Positions 51,230-57,468 of a DNA stretch of 57,468 nucleotides are shown here, piece by piece. The notes beneath the pieces are model-generated. The model was not told the DNA's origin. It worked only from the letters and a program-made list of their open reading frames with translations, and made no database searches. Position numbers and translations under genes: made by a program. Each line of letters opens with the position of its first letter. The first letter of the stretch is position 1. The stretch is from a virus (lineage: Duplodnaviria > Caudoviricetes), in the IMG/VR virus record IMGVR_UViG_3300043099_000120, positions 1 through 57,468 of that record; one strand, written 5' to 3'.

Positions 51230-53785
51230 ATGGCCACACAGATGCCGATCGACCCGGAGTATGGGCGATTCATCCAGGGAACACCGAACGATGCACCCGC
51301 GGAGCCAGAGGAAGGCGTCGAGGTGCCGCTCGAGCTGACCGACGAAGACCTCGAGGAGTTGCCAGACGGGTCAGTGAGGGTCCGGCTCGACACGACCGGG
51401 CCGATGGATAGCAAGGACTTCTACGAGAACCTTGCCGACTCGGACGTGCTTGACCCTGTCGAACTGCGGATGATGGCCCTGCGGTACATCGAGTACGCAG
51501 AGAAGGACAAGGAAGCGCGGAAGAACCGCGACAAGCAATACGAAGACGGCATCAAGCGTACCGGCCTGGGCAACGACGCCCCTGGTGGCGCGAACTTCCA
51601 GGGTGCAAGCAAGGTAGTCCACCCCGTGATGGCCGAGGCGTGCGTCGACTTTGCCTCGAGAGCGATCAAAGAGTTGTTCCCGCCTGATGGTCCGACCCGG
51701 ACGAAGATCCTCGGGGACGTGGATGAAGAGAAAGTAGCGATTGCCGAGCGCAAACGCGACTACATGAACTGGCAGCTGACTGAGCAGATCGAGGAATTCT
51801 GCGATGAGCAGGAGCAAATGCTCACGCAACTGCCGCTCGGAGGCTCGCAGTACCTGAAAATCTGGTACGACGAGAAGAAAAAACGGCCCTGTGCGCAGTT
51901 TTTGCCCATCGATAACGTGCTGTTGCCCTTTGCAACGGCCAATTTCTATACGGCACCGCGTGTTACGGAGGTGGATGACATCTCCGAGTACGAATTCAAG
52001 GCGCGAATTGCCTCGAAACTGTATCGAGACACCGATTTTGTCCGGGCAACGATGGACCCGGAGCCCACTGGACCGCAAAAAGCCACCGATAAGATCGAAG
52101 GACGGTCGCCAAACGACAACGAAGACGGTCTGCGGCGCGTTTATCACGTCTATACGTGGCTTGAGCTCGAAAACGACCCGTATACCAAGGGCGAGCCGGC
52201 TCCGTACATCCTGATGATCGACGAGATCGAGACGGAAGTGGTCGGGTTGTACCGCAACTGGGAAGACGGCGACGAAACGATGACGAAGCTCGACTGGATT
52301 GTCGAGTTTAAGTTCATCCCGTGGCGTGGAGCCTATGCCGTTGGTCTGCCGCACCTGATTGGAGGCCTTTCCGCGGCCCTTACGGGCGCTCTGCGGGCCT
52401 TGTTGGACTCTGCCCACATCAACAACGCTGCGACGCTCCTGAAGCTCAAGGGCGCGAAGGTATCGGGGCAGAGTCAACAGGTCGAAGTCACCCAGGTTGC
52501 AGAGATCGAAGCCGCGCCGGGTGTCGATGACGTGCGCAAGCTTGCAATGCCGATGCCGTTCAACCCGCCAAGCGCGGTGTTGTTCCAGTTGCTAGGCTGG
52601 CTGACAAGCGCGGCCAAGGGCGTGGTGACGACGAGCGAAGAGAAGATTGCGGACGTTAACGCTAACGCTCCGGTCGGAACGACGCAGGCGCTGATCGAGC
52701 AGGGTGCCGCGGTGTTCTCGGCGATTCACTCGAGACTGCACAAGTCGCAGGCCAGGGTGTTGCGGATTCTGTCCCGGATCAATCGCTGGTACCTGGACGA
52801 CATGCAGCGCAGCGAAGTCGTCGAGGATCTGGACATCAAGCGCGAGGACTTTGCGCGGGTGACGGACGTGATCCCGATCTCCGACCCGCATATCTTCAGC
52901 GAGACGCAGCGGATGGCGCAGACCCAGGCGGTCATGGCCATCATGAAGGACAATCCGGATCTTTTTAATCGCCGGGCCGTGATCCAACGGTTCTTGAAGC
53001 AGATCAAGGTGCCGGGTATCAACGAGCTGATGACAGACGTGCCGCCGCCGGCGAAGCTGGATGCAGCGAACGAGAACGTAGCCATGGCGATCGGGCAGGC
53101 GGCGTTTGCGTATCCCGAGCAGGATCACCTGGGGCACATCCAGGCGCACCTGGACTTCGCGAAGAATCCGGTGCTGGGTGGCAATCCGTTCATTGCGCCG
53201 ACGTTCCTGCCGAAGGCCATCGAGCATATCAAGCAGCACATTGTCCTGTGGTATCTCACGCGGATGAATGGCTACGTGCAGAAGGCCATGGGCGCGAAGC
53301 TGGGTGAGTACGACATGCTCGATGATCCGAAGGATGTCGACAAGCTGTTTGCGTTGGCAAGCCAGCACGTTGACTTGGATACGCAACAGACGCTCCAGGG
53401 CATCATGCCGGTCATCCAGCAGATGGTTCAGCAGTCGCAGCAGTACAAGCCCAAGCCTGATCTGACGCCGGATGGACAAGTGCTGTTGCAGACCAGCATG
53501 GCTGAGACGCAGCGCCGGCAGGCCCGCGATCAGGCGGAGTTGCAGTTGAAGGACAAGCAGGTGGCCGCGGAGATCCAGCGCGACATGCAGAAGCTGCAAT
53601 TCGAGCAGCAGCAAGCGATGGAAGAATTGCAGTTGAAGCTTGCCATCGCAACCGGCGACATGGAGTTGAAAGAACGCATCGAGACGGCTCGTCTGACGAG
53701 GGATGCGGCGCACATTGTCAACGACAAGGAGCGTATCGTCTTGGATTATCAAACCAAACTCGGAGGTCCAAGTGGCTACCAGTAA
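51230..53785 (+). CDS. Portal protein (P22-like, with long C-terminal coil)
   Basis: 851 aa; GASKVVHPVMAEA, LPLGGS.YLKIWYD, YAVGLPHLIGGL, APVGTTQALIE; Q-rich helical barrel; located downstream of TerL. Confidence 0.9.
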   Translation: MATQMPIDPEYGRFIQGTPNDAPAEPEEGVEVPLELTDEDLEELPDGSVRVRLDTTGPMDSKDFYENLADSDVLDPVELRMMALRYIEYAEKDKEARKNRDKQYEDGIKRTGLGNDAPGGANFQGASKVVHPVMAEACVDFASRAIKELFPPDGPTRTKILGDVDEEKVAIAERKRDYMNWQLTEQIEEFCDEQEQMLTQLPLGGSQYLKIWYDEKKKRPCAQFLPIDNVLLPFATANFYTAPRVTEVDDISEYEFKARIASKLYRDTDFVRATMDPEPTGPQKATDKIEGRSPNDNEDGLRRVYHVYTWLELENDPYTKGEPAPYILMIDEIETEVVGLYRNWEDGDETMTKLDWIVEFKFIPWRGAYAVGLPHLIGGLSAALTGALRALLDSAHINNAATLLKLKGAKVSGQSQQVEVTQVAEIEAAPGVDDVRKLAMPMPFNPPSAVLFQLLGWLTSAAKGVVTTSEEKIADVNANAPVGTTQALIEQGAAVFSAIHSRLHKSQARVLRILSRINRWYLDDMQRSEVVEDLDIKREDFARVTDVIPISDPHIFSETQRMAQTQAVMAIMKDNPDLFNRRAVIQRFLKQIKVPGINELMTDVPPPAKLDAANENVAMAIGQAAFAYPEQDHLGHIQAHLDFAKNPVLGGNPFIAPTFLPKAIEHIKQHIVLWYLTRMNGYVQKAMGAKLGEYDMLDDPKDVDKLFALASQHVDLDTQQTLQGIMPVIQQMVQQSQQYKPKPDLTPDGQVLLQTSMAETQRRQARDQAELQLKDKQVAAEIQRDMQKLQFEQQQAMEELQLKLAIATGDMELKERIETARLTRDAAHIVNDKERIVLDYQTKLGGPSGYQ

Positions 53786-53921
53786 CCCGAAAGACGCGCT
53801 CCACATCCCGATGCACAAGCGTATCGCCATGGGCGAGAAGCTTGATGGCACGTCGTTGCAACCCAAGGGCCAGCAGCCCGCGAAGAACGGAGGCGGACTA
53901 TCGCAAGCTAAGAAAAAATAA
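53772..53921 (+). CDS. Small basic protein (49 aa)
   Basis: GGAGG RBS, GTG start; ...IPMHKRIAMG...KNGGGLSQAKKK. Confidence 0.65.
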   Translation: MATSNPKDALHIPMHKRIAMGEKLDGTSLQPKGQQPAKNGGGLSQAKKK

Positions 53922-54103
53922 TGGCGACACTAGGTGACCTTATTGGTCAAATCAAGGCGTCACAGGCTGAAATAGCCTTGTCCTTAGCGCAGGGAAATGC
54001 GCTTAATTGGGACGCCTACCAACGACTGGTCGGGAGACATGAAGGGCTGCAAGAAGCTCTGTTGATTCTCGACAACCTGATGAAGGGTGATGATGATGAG
54101 TGA
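53921..54103 (+). CDS. Conserved small head-module protein
   Basis: LAQG.A..WDAYQRLVG...GL..AL; between the portal and GroES genes. Confidence 0.75.
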   Translation: MATLGDLIGQIKASQAEIALSLAQGNALNWDAYQRLVGRHEGLQEALLILDNLMKGDDDE

Positions 54104-54527
54104 ACCGGTAGCGGTTAACCCCGCTGAATTGGCTTGGGCATTTCCGAGCGTGGACCCCGGTGCAAAGCCTCTTGGTGGCCGTATTCTGGTGCAACTGCGG
54201 CGCACAAAAAAGAAGACGACGAGTGCTGGGATTATCTTGGTTGAAGAAACCAAAGAAACCGAAAAGTGGAACAACATGGTGGCCAAGGTCATCGAGATTG
54301 GTCCGCTCGCTTTCAAACACCGGGACACGATGCAGTCCTGGCCGGAAGGCTCGTGGTGTCAGGCAGGCGAGTACATCCGCGTGCCGAAGTGGGGCGGCGA
54401 TCGTTGGGAAGTCAAAGTTCCTGGCGAAGATGACAAGGAAGACCCGGCGCTCTTTATGATCCTGAACGATCATGAGGTGATCGCTAAGGTCACGGGCAAT
54501 CCGCTGGCGATGAGGGCATTCGTATGA
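54096..54527 (+). CDS. groES: GroES/Cpn10-like co-chaperonin
   Basis: KPLGGRILV...KTTSAGIIL...AKVIEIGP...GEYI.VPKWGG...ILNDHEVIAKV. Confidence 0.85.
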   Translation: MSEPVAVNPAELAWAFPSVDPGAKPLGGRILVQLRRTKKKTTSAGIILVEETKETEKWNNMVAKVIEIGPLAFKHRDTMQSWPEGSWCQAGEYIRVPKWGGDRWEVKVPGEDDKEDPALFMILNDHEVIAKVTGNPLAMRAFV

Positions 54528-55444
54528 GCACCGAACCGAAGATCAAGGAAGAATCGTTTGAGGTGACCGAGGAGAAAGATGGCTCGGTCGTCGTAGAGTT
54601 GCCGGAGACCATTGAGTCGCCGGACAAGGAAGCGCAAGCTGATGGGGATGAAGATCATCCCGACGATACCGATGCAGTACGCGAGGCGCGACGTGCTCGG
54701 CGGCGTGCGAAGAAAGAGTACATCCGCAAGAGTAATGAAGAGAAGGACCAGCGGCTCCAGCTGCTACAGCGGCAGAACCAGGAGCTGATGGAGCGGCTGG
54801 CCGCGGTTGAGCGGAAGACGCACACCGCGGATCTGGCACGGCTAGATTCGGCAATCTCTGACGAAGAGTCACGGCTCGAGTTCTTCCGCCGAAAGATGCA
54901 GGAGGCAACCGATAACTCGGATGGCACGGCATTTACCAAAGCGCAGGAAGCTTGGTATGAGTCGCGTCGAAAAGTCGAGGCCATGCAGGGCATCAAGCAG
55001 CGTGCCGTGCAAGCGACCAACAACGATGCAGGCCCGGCAAATCCCAAGTTGGTGCGGCTGGCCAACCAGTGGATGGAGCGCAACCCCTGGTACGACCCGA
55101 ACGGCGGCGACGAAGATTCGCAGATTGCCAAGGTGGTCGACAACAAATTGGCGGCCGAGGGCTGGGACCCAACGAGCGAAGAGTATTGGGAAGAGTTTGA
55201 CCGTCGCTTGCAGCAACGGTTACCAAGTCGGTATACTGGTGATCAGGATGAGCAACCCAGGAGACGGCCTCGAAGTGTAGTGACGGGTTCCGGGCGTGAA
55301 TCGCAGACCTCACGCGGTAATTCTTTTGTTCTTGAGCCTGAACAGGTTCGAGCGATGAAAGAAGCGGGATTCTGGGACAACCCAGAAGTTCGCAACCGGA
55401 TGATCAAGCGTTACGCTGAACAAGCACGAAACAATAGGGGCTAA
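54524..55444 (+). CDS. Probable scaffolding protein
   Basis: Acidic N-terminus, long coiled coil, W..RNPWY, DPTSEEYW.E.D.RL; upstream of the capsid gene. Confidence 0.7.
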   Translation: MSTEPKIKEESFEVTEEKDGSVVVELPETIESPDKEAQADGDEDHPDDTDAVREARRARRRAKKEYIRKSNEEKDQRLQLLQRQNQELMERLAAVERKTHTADLARLDSAISDEESRLEFFRRKMQEATDNSDGTAFTKAQEAWYESRRKVEAMQGIKQRAVQATNNDAGPANPKLVRLANQWMERNPWYDPNGGDEDSQIAKVVDNKLAAEGWDPTSEEYWEEFDRRLQQRLPSRYTGDQDEQPRRRPRSVVTGSGRESQTSRGNSFVLEPEQVRAMKEAGFWDNPEVRNRMIKRYAEQARNNRG

Positions 55445-55446
55445 AC

Positions 55447-55983
55447 ATGGATTCTCGTCTGAAAAAATCTCTCTCTGCCGGTGGTCGCGAAACTCGCGCA
55501 AGCGAGGACGCCAGCCGCGTTGCACCTGAAGAAAAGTTCATGTCGTCGCAGGAACGTCGCAAGATGTGGAGCGATGAGTGGACACAGAGTGCGCTACCAA
55601 AGTTGCCCGAACTGCCGGGCTGGCATCTTTGCTGGTTGTCAACCACCAACAGCTACGACAGCATCGATAAGCGGATTCGCCTTGGATACCAACCTGTCGC
55701 TCAGGATGAGTTGAAGGGGTTTGAGAATTACCGCGTAAAGGCTGGAGAGCATGTTGGCTATATCGCCTGCAACGAAATGCTCCTGTTCAAGATTCCGATC
55801 GATATGTATCAGGACATTATGTTGCAGATGCACCACGAGAAACCGATGGAGGAGGCGGAAAAGATCCGCGTCCAACTCGAGAACTTGCAGGGTGCGCGAG
55901 ACTCGTCAGGCAAACACCTGGGGAGGGTTGAAGGCGAAGGCTTTGGTGACATGGACCGTCACGTTCCCACGCCTGTCTTCTAA
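55447..55983 (+). CDS. Conserved head-module protein
   Basis: LP..PGWHLCWLS...GYQPV...MLLFKIP; between scaffold and capsid genes. Confidence 0.75.
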   Translation: MDSRLKKSLSAGGRETRASEDASRVAPEEKFMSSQERRKMWSDEWTQSALPKLPELPGWHLCWLSTTNSYDSIDKRIRLGYQPVAQDELKGFENYRVKAGEHVGYIACNEMLLFKIPIDMYQDIMLQMHHEKPMEEAEKIRVQLENLQGARDSSGKHLGRVEGEGFGDMDRHVPTPVF

Positions 55984-56012
55984 GGCTGGGGTCATCAATC
56001 AAGGAGTTAATT

Positions 56013-56585
56013 ATGTCTGCGACTAATGCTCCGTTCGGTCTGCGCCCCGCGTTCCATCCTAGTGGTCTGGATCGCGCTCAGGCGCTCGCCGGCGGTATTG
56101 CGTCGGGTTACAACACCGACATTCTCAAAGGTCAGCCTGTCAAGCTCGACTCTAACGGCAACATCGTTGTTGCTGATCCGGGCGATGCCTTCCAAGGCGC
56201 GTTCGCTGGCGTGGAGTTCACCGACACCACGGGTCGTCGTCGCGTGTCGAACTACTGGCCGGCCAACACGGCTTACCAGACTGGTTCGTGCGTGGCGTAC
56301 TTCTACAACGATCCCAATATCGTTTATGAGATCCAGGCTCAAGGCTCGTTGCAGCAGAGCTCGATCGGCGATATGGCGGATCTCAGCAACACCACTGCTG
56401 GCTCGACGACCACCGGTCTGTCGCAATGCACGCTGTCGACCACGCTGGTCGGTGCGGGTAATAGCGCTCAGATGCTGATTCGTGATCTGGCTCCGTACCC
56501 CGACAATGCTTGGGGAGACGCGTACACGGTTGTACGAGTGACGATCAACGAGTCGCAGTTTAATGCGTCCGTGAACGCCATTTAA
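56013..56585 (+). CDS. Capsid decoration/cement-like protein
   Basis: AAGGAG RBS; NAPFGLRP...I..GQPV...GAFAGVEF...DPNIVYEIQ...TGLS; immediately before the capsid gene. Confidence 0.6.
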   Translation: MSATNAPFGLRPAFHPSGLDRAQALAGGIASGYNTDILKGQPVKLDSNGNIVVADPGDAFQGAFAGVEFTDTTGRRRVSNYWPANTAYQTGSCVAYFYNDPNIVYEIQAQGSLQQSSIGDMADLSNTTAGSTTTGLSQCTLSTTLVGAGNSAQMLIRDLAPYPDNAWGDAYTVVRVTINESQFNASVNAI

Positions 56586-56597
56586 GGAGGGTGAATC

Positions 56598-57468
56598 ATG
56601 GCCGCCCCAATGCGCAGTACTGATTTTCGGTCCATTGTTGAACCGATCCTGAATGAATGCTTCGATGGTGTTTACGACCAGCGGGCTGATGAGTGGAGCC
56701 GAGTGTTCCGCGAGCAGCAAGGCATTCCCCGCAACTACCACGAAGAGCCGGTTCTGTACGGTTTTGGTGCCGCGCCTGAGTTGCCTGACGGCACTCCGGT
56801 TACGTACCAGCAGGGTGGTGTGCTGTTCCTCAAGCGCTACGTCTACAAGGTCTATGGTCTGGCCTTCGCTCTGACGAAAGTGCTGGTCGAGGACGGCGAT
56901 CACATTCGTATCGGTCAGGTGTACGCACGTCACCTTGCTCAGTCGCTGATTGAGACCAAGGAAACGCTGGCTGCAAACATTCTGAACCGTGCGTTCAATG
57001 CTTCGTATCCTGGCGGTGACGGTGTCGCGCTGAACAGCAACGCGCACCCGATCGTCAACGGTACGTTCAGCAACCTGCTGACCACTGCGGCAAACCTGTC
57101 GCAAACCTCGCTCGAGCAGATGCTGATCCAGATCCGTCAGGCTGTTGACAACAACGGCAAGAAGATTCGTCTGGTCCCCCGCCAGCTGGTGGTGGCTCCG
57201 GGCAACGTCTTCCAGGCGGAAGTGCTGCTCAAGTCGGTTCTGCGAGCTGGCGTGGCAAACAACGACATCAACCCGATCAAGTCGATTGGCTTGCTCGACG
57301 AGGGTGCCGCTGTGATCTCGCGTCTGACCTCCGCCACTGCGTGGTGGGTGCAGACCGACGCGCCGGAAGGGATGAAGCTGATGATGCGCCGTGGTCTGGA
57401 AAAGACCATGGAAGGTGACTTTGAGACCGACACCATGCGGTACAAGGCCACCGAGCGTTATGACCTCG
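56598..57468 (+). CDS. Major capsid protein (Mu gpT-like, HK97 fold), 304 aa when joined to 1-171; missed by the ORF track
   Basis: AAGGAGG RBS; MAAPMRSTDFRSIVEPIL...GFGAAP..PDG..V.Y...YGLAFALT..LVED...TKE..AAN.LN.AF...GGDGVAL...HP; open to the window end. Confidence 0.92.
   Translation, partial: MAAPMRSTDFRSIVEPILNECFDGVYDQRADEWSRVFREQQGIPRNYHEEPVLYGFGAAPELPDGTPVTYQQGGVLFLKRYVYKVYGLAFALTKVLVEDGDHIRIGQVYARHLAQSLIETKETLAANILNRAFNASYPGGDGVALNSNAHPIVNGTFSNLLTTAANLSQTSLEQMLIQIRQAVDNNGKKIRLVPRQLVVAPGNVFQAEVLLKSVLRAGVANNDINPIKSIGLLDEGAAVISRLTSATAWWVQTDAPEGMKLMMRRGLEKTMEGDFETDTMRYKATERYDL
57342..57468. repeat. Terminal direct repeat, copy 2
   Basis: Identical to 1-127. Confidence 0.97.

Noticed and set aside
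51371-53866. Long minus-strand ORFs (368 and 424 aa)
   Set aside because: Antisense shadows of the portal gene caused by GC-rich codon bias.
56007-57451. Minus-strand ORFs of 365 and 104 aa
   Set aside because: Shadows of the decoration and major capsid genes on the + strand.

Overview
The window is an apparently complete, circular dsDNA tailed-phage genome. Bases 57342-57468 exactly repeat bases 1-127, which looks like an assembler overlap and gives a unit length of 57,341 bp; the major capsid gene runs across this junction. Almost all genes are on the + strand. The packaging/head block runs TerS, TerL, two unusual large 'cargo' genes, portal, GroES-like co-chaperonin, scaffold and a Mu gpT-like capsid. 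It is followed by capsid-associated and small basic proteins, adaptor and fibre genes (including a 1725-aa five-module beta-rich protein), a GH108 lysis cassette, podovirus-like adaptor/nozzle genes, and a putative ejection module (a 2987-aa repeat protein through to an SLT transglycosylase). A short minus-strand block encodes an SSB-like protein, an HTH protein and a PD-(D/E)XK nuclease. Next come a Cro-like gene, a lambdoid-type replication region (YdaU/DUF1376, P-like loader, RusA, Ref-like nuclease) and many small early ORFs. I see no integrase, CI repressor, DNA polymerase, tRNA, CRISPR array or reverse transcriptase. A proteobacterial host is inferred from gene content only. The strongest candidates for undescribed biology are: (1) a hydrophobic/Lys-x-x-Gly-Gly tag shared by several probable virion-cargo proteins and placed at domain boundaries, together with a GPGDG-SD-GEFV domain; (2) a promoter, attenuator and ~230-nt multi-stem RNA-like cassette lying between what look like two halves of a replication initiator; (3) a polyvalent peptidase/ADP-ribosyltransferase protein coupled to an HhH-glycosylase-like protein between terminase and portal; (4) a conserved ACAGCGAAGGA box over the ribosome-binding sites of five early genes, three of them behind identically spaced promoter modules. 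All family assignments come from motif recognition by eye; no searches were run.
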